Source: Squalus acanthias (lineage: Eukaryota). Taken from it: 64,000 nucleotides of DNA. The position numbers and the translations under genes are program-made. The stretch covers positions 14,138,001-14,202,000 of the forward strand of contig CM059433.1 of the NCBI GenBank assembly GCA_030390025.1, in the 5' to 3' direction. Positions 26,851-37,135 of the stretch are shown piece after piece (the stretch's first letter is position 1; each line of letters opens with the position of its first letter). The notes beneath the pieces were generated by a model. It worked only from the letters and a program-made list of their open reading frames with translations. It ran no database searches and was not told the origin of the DNA.

Positions 26851-27630
26851 TCCAGCACGTGGAAATGGCTCACAATGTAATTCAGCACATTTCGGATGTT
26901 TTCCCTAAATTATCTGTTTTGTTTTCCGCAAATGCTGCTTTTGACCAAATTGCTGAGATTCTTAATGACTTTACTAAAGTCAGTGATGCAACTGAGGTAA
27001 AATCGCCCAAATGTTCAGATCCATGATAAGTAGTTGACGGAATATCTAAAAGAATTTGGTAAAGTACAGTGGCAGTGTAAATAGACTTCAAAAAGTGGGA
27101 TGACAAAGAAAAGTTTATTAAATTCCCTAATCTGACAAAGGATAAAGGGTCATTTACTTACCTAATGGGTTCCACAAAAAATAGGCAAAAATATTTTAAA
27201 TCAATTCTCTCATGATGCAGGTAGGCCAATACAAAGATGAGTGGCTGATAGTTTAGGAAATGCTATTTCAATTTGCGTGGGCAGTAAAAGAATGGACGCT
27301 GTTCCTGATAAGTCTTAAGTGAATCTAATGACATGTATCAGTTCAAGGCAGTTCTGAACTTAGGCATGTGACACAATTATATTTTACATAAAGGCAGAAG
27401 CCCTTCCCCCAATTGTTGGTTACGAATATGTAATTCCAAATTTAAGCATGTGTGAAGAACTATAGATATACAATGGTCATGTACAGGAAAGCCATTTCTA
27501 TTCTTCCTCTGATTTCAGGTCAGATGTGATTGGATTATTCAAGTTATATGTAACTATCAAGTATAGACTTATATAGATTTTACTACTTGACCTTTTACGT
27601 AATCAGATATGTTATCATTATTCTCATGTA

Positions 27631-28077
27631 CAGTCCCCACCACTTATAGCAGGTTAGCGTGAACGCAATTTGCCCGCTATACGCAGTGGATGGTAAAACC
27701 AAAAAGCCAAGTAACCAACAAAAAAACCCAGGAGATCTCACTGAGCAACTGCCTTTCCTAATTGTTAAAAGTTACATCCAGGATCTCATCACGAAGGTAA
27801 TTACACTTTAACAAGATGCAAACAGCTAATTGAAGACCGGATTTTGCCTGAAATCAGTAGAGCCTTTCAAATCGGTAAAAACAATACAGGAGATTAACGG
27901 GGGATGAGAAGCTGATTGAAACCGCTTGCTGTCCCGAATTAGCTTGAAATGAACTTAATACGTTATTAGCGGCGTCTTTGTAATTGACTCCTATGGTAAT
28001 GGTAAATGATTGGCGCCATTTGCCCGATATAGGCGGCTGCCTGTGCTAAGCGTGGACGGTGTAAGTGGTGGGGACTG
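27631..28077. mobile_element. Tc1/mariner-pogo (Tigger-like) MITE
   Basis: Perfect 16-bp TIRs CAGTCCCCACCACTTA / TAAGTGGTGGGGACTG flanked by TA at 27629-30 and 28078-79. Confidence 0.85.
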
Positions 28078-28429
28078 TACCTTAAATTGTACTTGGGCAT
28101 TGTTTGCATGACCAGCGGTGATGTGATCAGTGCAATTATGATTCCCAGAAATGTATCAGGTTAGAGTAAATTGGTGTCTTGTAACTAAGGAACATATTGG
28201 AGGATTTGAAGAAAAAGTATAGGCATTCTGGGAGAGGTAAGCGGATTCATCCTTGCATGCTGAGAAATCCTCGACACAGACAAAGGAGTTATACCTTTTA
28301 CAAAAGCAAAACAACTGCTGGAAATCTGAAATAAAAACAGAAAATGCTGTAAATACTCAGCATGGCGGGCAGTATCGGATAACGTTTCAGGTCGCTGACC
28401 TTTCATCAGAACTGAAAGTAGTTAGAGAT

Positions 28430-28464
28430 GTTCTGACGAAGGGTCACAGACCTGAAACGTTAAC
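28430..28464 (+). ncRNA. Minimal type I hammerhead ribozyme motif (PLE family A)
   Basis: GUU-CUGACGA-A-GGGUC(ACA)GACCU-GAAA-CG-U-U|AAC: catalytic core boxes, 5-bp stem II, stem I GUU/AAC and a palindromic ACGU stem III. Confidence 0.7.
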
Positions 28465-28559
28465 TCTGTTCCTCTCTCCACGGATGCTGCCTGACCTGCT
28501 GAGTGTTTCCAGCATTTTCTGTTGTTATTTCAGTTAGTGATGTAACTGGTTTTAAGCAA

Positions 28560-29298
28560 AATTGAGAAGTCGCACAACACCAGGTTATAGTCCAACAGTT
28601 TTATTTGAAATTACGAGCTTTCGGAGCTCTGCTCCTTCGTCAGGTACAGTGAGGGAATACAAATCGGTTACAAAGTATATATAGACAGAGAACAATGTGT
28701 CTGCAGAGATACAATCCGTCAGGGAGGCATTACATCAAAGACACAGCAGAGTACAGCTAAGACAATGAGGTGGGGCCACAGGGGGTCCAACGTGTTAAAT
28801 GCTGCAGTCTGCAGTTAAGCTTTTTACTTTTAAAAAAAAACTGGAAATCACATCTGTGAACCAGACAATGACGTCGAGTCACGTCCTGTAGCGTGACATG
28901 AAACCGAGATCCCGGTTTCATGTCACGCTACAGGACGTGACTCGACGTCGTTGTCTGGTTCACAGATGTGATTTCCAGTTTTTTTTTTAAAAAGTAAAAA
29001 GCTTAACTGCAGACTGCAGCATTTAACACGTTGGACCCCCTGTGGCCCCACCTCATTGTCTTAGCTGTACTCTGCTGTGTCTTTGATGTTATGCCTCCCT
29101 GACGGATTGTATCTCTGCAGACACATTGCTCTCTGTCTATATATACTTTGTAATCGATTTGTATTCCCTCACTGTACCTGACGAAGGAGCAGCGCTCCGA
29201 AAGCTCGTAATTTCAAATAAAACTGTTGGACTATAACCTGGTGTTGTGCGACTTCTCATTTTTGTCCACCCCAGTCCAACACCGGCATCTCCGCATCA
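28560..29298. mobile_element. Palindromic Penelope-like element (family B)
   Basis: Inverted arms 28563-28909 / 28910-29258 with a PLE-type 3' end (aataaaactgttggactataacctggtgttgtg...catctccgcatca). A 13-bp TSD tggttttaagcaa lies at 28547-59 and 29299-311. Confidence 0.85.
29175..29209 (+). ncRNA. Minimal type I hammerhead ribozyme motif (PLE family B), with a mirror copy at 28612-28646 on -
   Basis: UAC-CUGACGA-A-GGAGC(AGC)GCUCC-GAAA-GC-U-C|GUA: stem I UAC/GUA and a palindromic AGCU stem III. Confidence 0.72.
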
Positions 29299-29744
29299 TG
29301 GTTTTAAGCAAGTACAGAGGCAGCAAAAGGGGGAGAGGGGAAGGAAAGAACAAAAGGGAAGGTCTATGATAGGGTGGAAGGCAGGAATGATTAAATGACA
29401 AAAGGGATGATGGTGCAAGGCAAAAGGGGATGGCAATGGGACAAGTAAAGAAACAAAAGATGGGTCTAGAGGAGGTGTAAATGGCAATAGCAGAACCATT
29501 ATCAACACATGCTGTCTGAAAATATAGGGGCAGAGGTTATGATCTGAAATTGTTGAACATAATGTTGAGTCCGGAAGGCTGCAAAGTGCCTAATCGAAAG
29601 ATGAGGTGATGTTCCTCAAACTTTCGTTGAGCTTCATTAGAACAGTGTAGGAGGTCAAGGAGCGAGAGGTCAGAGTGGGAGTGGGGCGGAGAATTAAATC
29701 AGGCACGAGGTTAAGCAAGATCTCACTTAAAACTTCAGACCAGT

Positions 29745-29867
29745 CAGCCATTTCCTGCTTTTTTCCAGTTCTGACGAAAGGTCTTCGACCTGAAATGTTA
29801 ACTCTGTTTCTCTCTCCACGGATGCTGCCTGACCTGCTGAGTGTCTCCAGCGTTTTCTGTTGTTATA
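29745..29867 (+). mobile_element. PLE family A terminal fragment with a hammerhead motif (29767-29803)
   Basis: agtt-ctgacga-a-aggtc(ttc)gacct-gaaa-tgtt-aact followed by the shared terminal sequence. Confidence 0.75.
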
Positions 29868-30055
29868 GCTGATTAATCTACTATGGTACTTGGATAGACA
29901 GTGCAAGAAGAGATGTTAATAACCCCGACATCTGAAAATGTGTGTTTTTATGATTTAAGCATTGGGAGTGAATGGGAATATAACATTTAATTGGAGTTCT
30001 GTTCTTTGTCAAACTAATTAAAATCTGGCAGTTATAGTATCTGACATGTGCCTAT

Positions 30056-30285
30056 CCAACAACAATAACAATTTGCATTTATATAGTGCCTTTAATGTAG
30101 TAAATCGCCCCAAGCCTCCATTTGCCTGATATAGGCAGCTACCCGTGCTAGGCGTGGATGGTCAAGGAGGTAGATTTTAAGAAGTGTCTTAAAGGAGGAG
30201 AGAGAGGTAGAGAGACGGAGAGGTTTAGAGAAGGAATTTCAAAGCTTAGGGCCGAGGCAGCTAAAGGCACGGCCGCCAATTGTGA
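30056..30285 (-). mobile_element. L2 LINE 3' fragment
   Basis: (AAC)n tail and homology to 60371-60695. Confidence 0.75.
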
Positions 30286-30537
30286 TCAGTTGAATGATAC
30301 GTTGCAAAAGGATCCATGTGACTGAATTCTCAGTCCCTACTGATCATGTCTCCTTAAGTCGGATTTCCTTAGTGAACTTAAGGTATTTAAGGTCATGTCT
30401 GGCCATTAAAATCAGTTTGGGGAAACTTTTAGGAGAAGGTTCTCACATAAGTTAGAAGGTTAAAGGATGTTGTAAATAGTTCTTGAAGCAGGTCTGCAAA
30501 GGTTGAAATAATGTTAAGAGTGAAACTTAGAAGGTAA

Positions 30538-31262
30538 GTGGGGAGAAATTCATTATCGCCCCGTTTGGGGGCGGGAACCTTTGAAAGCTGGGAAACCTAG
30601 CGCCAGGTGCTAATGATTCCCAGCTTTCACGAAATTGGGTTTAGCGCTCGAGGAAGGATGTGGAGTGCTAAATCAAGCGCTCCACTTCCTTCCTGGAGCG
30701 CTAAAGGACGCAGGCGGGGCGGTAGTGGTGCACAATGTCCCGTGCAGCGCTGCCGCGATCCGAGGCTCCTTCCCTCCCGTAAAGGGAAGGGCCGTCGCTG
30801 CAGGCTCTGCATTGGGACCAGTTAGCTGATCCCTGACGCCGGCCGCGATCCGGCTCGATCAGCCCCGTGCAACTCCAGCAGAGTGCCCGCCTGATCGATC
30901 GCGGACCAGGAGAAGGAAAAAAAAAAATTGACAAAAACAATTTGAAAAATTTAGGAACTTACCTGGGCAACCTCCCCTTTAACTTTCGCCCCCGAAGCAC
31001 CCGGCAGCCGTCGGTGTCATCGCCCGGCGATGCTGCAGGGAGCGGAACTGAAGTTCGAGTCCGGGGCGATGCGCACGGCGATGACGTCACGATCTCCGGA
31101 CGAAGGAGATCGGAGTGCAACGCCATACCGCCGCCGCAAACCTCCCGCCGAATTTAGCGGGAGGCAATATTCTTGCCGCGCTCGGGCGGTAAGTGGTTAG
31201 CGCCCCGTTATTGCCCCCTGGAGGTGATAACAGGAGGTGGACAGGTACCCAATTTCTCCCCC
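30538..31262 (+). mobile_element. Harbinger-type MITE family M3
   Basis: TIRs ggggagaaatt / aatttctcccc with TAA at 30535-37 and 31263-65. A related reverse copy lies at ~36640-37135. Confidence 0.8.
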
Positions 31263-31265
31263 TAA

Positions 31266-32658
31266 GGGGGCGATTGAGGCAGGTTTCAGTTTGGGTGGGT
31301 TCGAAACTCGCCTCCACTGATAGGTTTCAAAAATTTGCGATTTTCACATGATTGGCCACTTGATTTCAGAGGTGTGGGATGCCCTTGCTCAATTAATGTT
31401 TTGGGACTGAAACTCGCCTCTGTTGACAGCACCTTTTCCAGTCTGATTTTATGACTTCTTGCTCCCTTGGCACATTCCACAGCATTTCTGCGTCTCCTGC
31501 ACCACCTCCAACATCTTTTGAGAAACCACTATGTCCCACTCCAAGGCAAGGGCCTCCCCGAGGCTCTCGGATGAGGCGCTGCAAATCTTGTTGGAGGGGG
31601 TGACAGCTAGCATGGAGGTGCTCTTCCACTCATCTCGGAGGAAGGGGCCTGCCAAAGAAACCAAGGCTGTGTGGGTACAGCTGGTAAGGGATATAACCTC
31701 CAGATCTGTGTGCAGATAGGGAGACTATTTCTGTGTATTGATGAAATGCCATTCATGTTGGAAAGTATTAAAATGATTTGAAGCCAAAATGTTGGCGCTA
31801 TGCCATCTGTTCTTTCGCCTTAGGCAGCTCTACATTGCGGGCACCGCCACACTTGCGTTGTCAGGTTGGTGGCCTGAGTGAAAGGAAGCCAGAGAATCAT
31901 GTCCATTGTCAATGATGTCTTAGGATGGAGCCAAGGACATGTGCCAACTTGGGCAACCTATGCAAATCTGTCCATGATAAGTTCATCCCTTGCATCCCGG
32001 GCAGCCATGTGCTCACGTGCTGCCGCTGCCGCTGGTCGATACACCGGCGCTCTGACCTCCTCCTCCTCCAGATCCTCCTCCTCCTCATCCTCATCTGAGG
32101 TCGATGCAGAAAGAAAACAAATGGTTCCCATGCTGCTTGTAGATGCCTCCTTTGGGGAAGCGCTCATTGCAAGCGGGGAGAGGGTCTGCCAAGGAGGTCC
32201 CACAGTTGATGGAGTCAAGCTGCAGCACCTCCAACTTCGGAAGGCCTTCTAAAAGTGCTCAGAGACCTTTTAAAGCCAAGGTCTGGCACCTGCAAGTAAT
32301 CCTTGCTGCAATAAATGATGTCTTGTTAGACCTGCATCAGTGAGGAGGCCACCCACGAATCAACCCGCCAGGTTTACCTGGCGTGGTTCAGGAGGTGCGT
32401 GGAGCATGCCAAAATGCTGGAAAAATCACGAGAGCTTCTCAAAATAGGCTTAGAGAGGCCCTTAACGAGCATTTAAGGATCTTTAATAGTGCAATGGCCA
32501 GCTGGAGGCGGGAGCGTTTCCCGACCTCCAAAACCGACACCGGCAAAATCCCGCGGAGGCGGGTTGGAGGCGGGTTCCAGACCCGTCCTCTTTGCATCTG
32601 ATTTTCCCGCCTTTCCCGCCTCCAAACCCGCCTCCTCCGACATCAGAAAATCGCCCCC
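31266..32658. mobile_element. Non-autonomous Harbinger element H3
   Basis: TIRs gggggcgatt / aatcgccccc with a TAA TSD. Myb remnant on + (MSHSKARASPRLSDEALQILLEGV..VW). Transposase acidic C-terminus on - (DEDEEEEDLEEEE..AARDARDELIMDRFA*). Confidence 0.85.
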
Positions 32659-32947
32659 TAAGTGTTTAATTGAACAGAAACAAAACTGCAAAAAGTATCA
32701 CAACAGTTAGTTTAATAGTTAAGCTTCCTGAGCAAAGAGCAAAGTGCAGTGTATTGGAACAGAGAAATAACTTATGACCAAAATTAGTTAAGTTAGGACA
32801 AGAAGAAGACAACTGAGGAAAGAAAACAATGACCACATATGATGACTTAGCACAGGTATCCCCAGAAGTGAAGCCTGAGATTCCCAGAGGAAGGCAGAAT
32901 TGTCCAATGCTACAGCAGCCAATCCGATCTAAAACTAAAGGTTATCT

Positions 32948-33512
32948 GGGGTAGAGTTTCCGCTTTGGGTGCCATCGGCGAATGGCGCCCAAAATTGCAC
33001 ATGTTTTGAAAAGTGTTTTTTTTCCTCTAGTTTCTGCTCAAAGACATTTGCATATCGCCGAACGCCAAATCTGGCTTTAACCAACGGATCAAGCAGTGTT
33101 TTAAAACGGAATTAAAATAAATTGCTTTACAAAATATTCGTCGATATATTTAAGAGTGGTAACTTGGTGCAGTTTGATTAATACAGCTGAAAGTGGGTTT
33201 CCCACCAAAAATAAGCATTTTAAATTGGAGTGTCCAGTTCACCACCTGTGAGCAACCCGATTTTAAATGACTGAAAATAACTTCAAAAAATATACAGAAC
33301 CATTTGCTAGTAATATTGGGGTACAATAGTCGGTTTCTTAGTAAATTAAAAAAAAATGACATTCAAAAGCTTTTAAAATGTTCCTATTAGTGTCCTTGCG
33401 CCCAAAAGAACCAGCTTATTTTTGAGAGCCTCCTCAAAGGCCTGCAAGCGAGCGCAATTAGAGGAAACTCCCAAAGGTGATTAATTCATTCTGGGGGCGA
33501 GGTCAGATTTGT
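32948..33512 (-). mobile_element. MITE family M2, partial copy truncated by H2
   Basis: Starts ggggtagagtttcc (rc of the end at ~53699) and is homologous to 24690-25045. Confidence 0.75.
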
Positions 33513-35282
33513 GGCCGGGATTTTGCTTAGCTCGGCGGGTCTGGTGCGGGCGATGTCGGTGGCGGGTCACGGCCCCGCTGCTGGCTCCAGCCCGCTCTGG
33601 AAAATTAATTTACGTTGATTGGGCTTGTTACGCCCGCCCAGCGTGTTTCCCGGTCCAATTAGAGGAAGCTAGTCTGGTGACGTCATTCATGAGGTGTCAT
33701 CAGCCGGTTTCCTTAAAGCGACCATGGCCACCTTTCTTTTGACAGTTGTGCTGTCAGTGTTCTACAGCATTGGAGTTCTGCAAACACTGACAATGACTGC
33801 ACAGAGGTGCAGGGCTGCACCCAGGCTCTCGCATGACGGCCTCCATATGCTTATTGAGGGAGTCACAGCACGCAGGGAGGTCCTCTTTGCTTCCGATGGG
33901 CAGACGAGACCTCCCCAGGAGTACAAAACAGCCTGGTTGCACATTGCACAGGAGGTCACAAGCAAGGATGTGGTCAGGAGGACCTGGGTGCAGTGCCGCA
34001 AACGTTTCAATGATCTCAGTCGATCACGAAACGTTAGTACAAAGCCACACTCAACCTCATCCTGCTGTGCCACACATCACATCCCCATCACTCTGCCTTC
34101 CCTACCCTACTCCTGCACATCCTTACTCATACCAACTTACCTTGCACCTCCATCCATCCCTCTCTATCTACATTATCACTTCCCCATCTCACTCGCCACC
34201 CCTCACACTCACCCTCATCCTCGTAAAATCATACCAACCAACAACACACAACGGTAGCCACTTGTGTGTTTTATCCAATGTTCATGTAAAGTTTCCGTTA
34301 ATGTGCTGTCAAACATTGAAACCTTTATTTTCAACACATTGCGTTCTTGGACAGATTTGTGTGCACCTTTGGAAGTAGCTTAGTGAGTTGCAGTGAATGG
34401 TGAGATATAACGGTACCCACCGCATTGGTGCTGAGTGTGAAAGGAATGGCTTGGGCATTGTTGGGATGCTTTATGGTGTTGGTGTGGGGTAGTGCCAACC
34501 TGCTGCAGCAGGTGGCAGCCAGGATGTACAGCATCAAGTGAAGTAAATCTGGCCATGGTGATACCATCGCTGGCCTCCCGGGCAGCAATGTGGTCAGGTG
34601 CTGATGCCCTCTGCCCTGTGCAGCATCAGGTGATTGCGGAGAAGGTTCTTGGTGTTGTTGTTGGTGCTGCTGGTGTGCCTGGTGCTGCTGGTGTTGGGGC
34701 TGATCATGGTCGGATTCTGAGAACCAAGGTGAGAGAGTATAAAGTGCACCCATGTTGATGGAATAAATGGCAGGTGAAGTAGAGATGACAGAAACATTCT
34801 GTCAATGGTGAGAGAGTTCATCCAATGAGGTAAGAGTGGATGGAGAGTGGAAAGTGGAAAGCCTGCAGAATCTGTGCTGGAAATGGACTGAGAAACAGCT
34901 TATGGCTGAGGAAAGTGATGATCTGTCAGGTGGGAGCTTTTATTGTACATTTGAAGCTGTCAAGTAATCAGCTGAAGTAATGGCCACTGAACTCCCGCCT
35001 CAGGTTCACAGACGTGGTCCCCGAGCATCGTGGACCCAGTGGGCGAGCAGTTAAAGTTAAAAGGCAAGGTTAAAAGCATTATTAAGGTGTCTGTCAACAA
35101 CCCAATAATTGGTTTAATTCGAGCGTCTGCCTCTGCAGGTCGGGTTGGATCGGAGATCACACACACGCGCCTGTGGGAAAAGTGCGTTGCGGCGGGTTGA
35201 CCGCCTCTGTCAAAAAAAAATCTAATTTCCCACCCGACCCGCCAGCGATCTCGCCCGCTGACCCTACCGGAAAATTCCGGCC
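33513..35282. mobile_element. Non-autonomous Harbinger family H2, copy 2 (inverted relative to copy 1)
   Basis: TIRs ggccgggatttt / aaaattccggcc. Myb exon on + (AAPRLSHDGLHMLIEGV..WLHIAQEV..RTWVQCRKRFNDL). Confidence 0.85.
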
Positions 35283-36639
35283 CATGATTCTATGAATATC
35301 CAGCAAACCAGACGAGTTGCCAAAGTGGGCTCGTGGGTTTTCACCCATTCGGATGCTGGAATTAGGCTGAGAGTTAAATATGCTTCGCATATTATTGCTC
35401 GAGAAATTGTATGACCCCTGTGACTGGTATTTCCTTCATGGCACCGGAAAAATGATGGATCTTGTAAAAGATTGTGTGATCTTATTTAACCATGGCATCC
35501 TAAGTAGAGAAATGGAAGTTTATATTTCTATATGAATTCACTGAGATTTGATTGAAAGCGCAGCATTTGTGGAAATACTTACTATCGCTATAGGGTTATT
35601 AGGTCTGACACAGCGAGATAAAGGTGCACAATGGCAGTTGCTCCTAACAACCAGAAAAGCAATTTGCGCTAACATGCTACAGCTGGGAGATGGGCACTCA
35701 GCAAAGAGCAGAAACTGTAGCATTTTTCACTTAGCTGGAAGTAACTCTGATAAGATACAAGGGAATGGGTTTTTGAAAAATGAACAAGAGACAAGTGATG
35801 AGAGATACATTGGAAACTTAATGTACTGTCTTCCTTTGAATTTCAAATGAAGAAATTAATTCATCAATCAACGTGCTACAATAGACTATATTCATTTAAT
35901 GCTGGGACTGTGATCTTTTTTTTTCATTATGCACACAGACATACTTTGCAGGTGATCTACTGAGGATTCTTGTCATATGCATTCAGAGAATGTGTTGCTA
36001 TTGTGATATGAATGGAGTCCCAACACATTAGTACAATATTATCTGAGGATAGACTGAATAAAGTCTGTTTTAGGAATGAAGTGCAATGGATCAAGCTGGC
36101 CTGGGCAACTTGAAGCTCTCTCTGATGTGTGGTGCATTTTAATTTCCTTCAAAGTTCACATTTTGGCAATGGGCAGGGAATTCTCTGCAGGGTTTACATT
36201 CAAAGTCATAAGGTGACTGCTACGGAAACCCATGAATTGGAGTAGTTAGATTCCAAGGAGAGACGAGACTTGTTTTACAATACATGCAGCACTCCTAATT
36301 AACTGAATATAATTTGTTTTCTCGTGAAAAGCAAATAAGTATTAAAGAGAAAGTAACTCAATGCCAGCCAAGGATGAGTGTTTCATCGACTTGACCCCAG
36401 TGCTTGCTGGGAGTACTGGAGGATTTAGAGAAATTATACTGTATTATCAATTAGTAACATTTTTAATGCATGCTCTCACAACTCTGGCTCAGCAAATAAT
36501 AGGGTCAATTTTTCTAAACCTTGCCCCCAGCAAACATCCATTTCCCTGGGCACAAATGTTAGGAAAAGGGGCAAGAGACCTATTATGCTGGGGTCTCTGT
36601 CTCTTTTAATGTTGCCTTGTGATTTCTGGGGCTTTACTG

Positions 36640-37135
36640 AGAGGGTTTCGCTGGGCCTGTGCCGGCAGCTGCAGGAGGCGTCCATCGGGAGGCCGGGCAC
36701 TTCGGGGGCGATACTTAAAGGCGAGGTGGCCGAGGTAAGTGGAAAAAATTCTCAAATGCTCTTTCTGTTTTGTTTTTTCATTTTTCTTCGCCAGCGATCG
36801 ATCAGCCCTGCACTCTGCTGCAGTTGATCGGGCTGGATCGTGGCTGCCGTCGAGGACCAGGTAAGTTTTGCCCTTGCAGAGCCTGCAGCGATGGCCCTTC
36901 CCTTTAAGGGAGGGAAGGAGCCTTCCAACGCGGCAGCGCTGCTCGGCCCAGTGTGCAGCGCTGCTCACCTACCGCCCCGCCTGCTGCCTGCTGTGCTCCA
37001 GGAAGGACGTGGAACGCTTGATTTAGCGCTCCACTTCCTTCCTGGAGCGCAAAACTGAATTTTTTAAAAGTTGAAAAACATTTTTCAATTTTTGAAAGTT
37101 AGCACCCCAAACAAGGCTATAATGAATTTCTCCCC
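36640..37135 (-). mobile_element. MITE family M3-related copy
   Basis: Reverse complement of ~30540-31050, ending aatgaatttctcccc. Confidence 0.75.

Larger units (their letters stand above)
28303..29700 (-). mobile_element. Penelope-like element (family A) 3' region hosting two nested PLE insertions
   Basis: 28303-28430, 28532-28559 and 29299-29700 align collinearly with the PLE end at 61323-61880. Confidence 0.8.
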
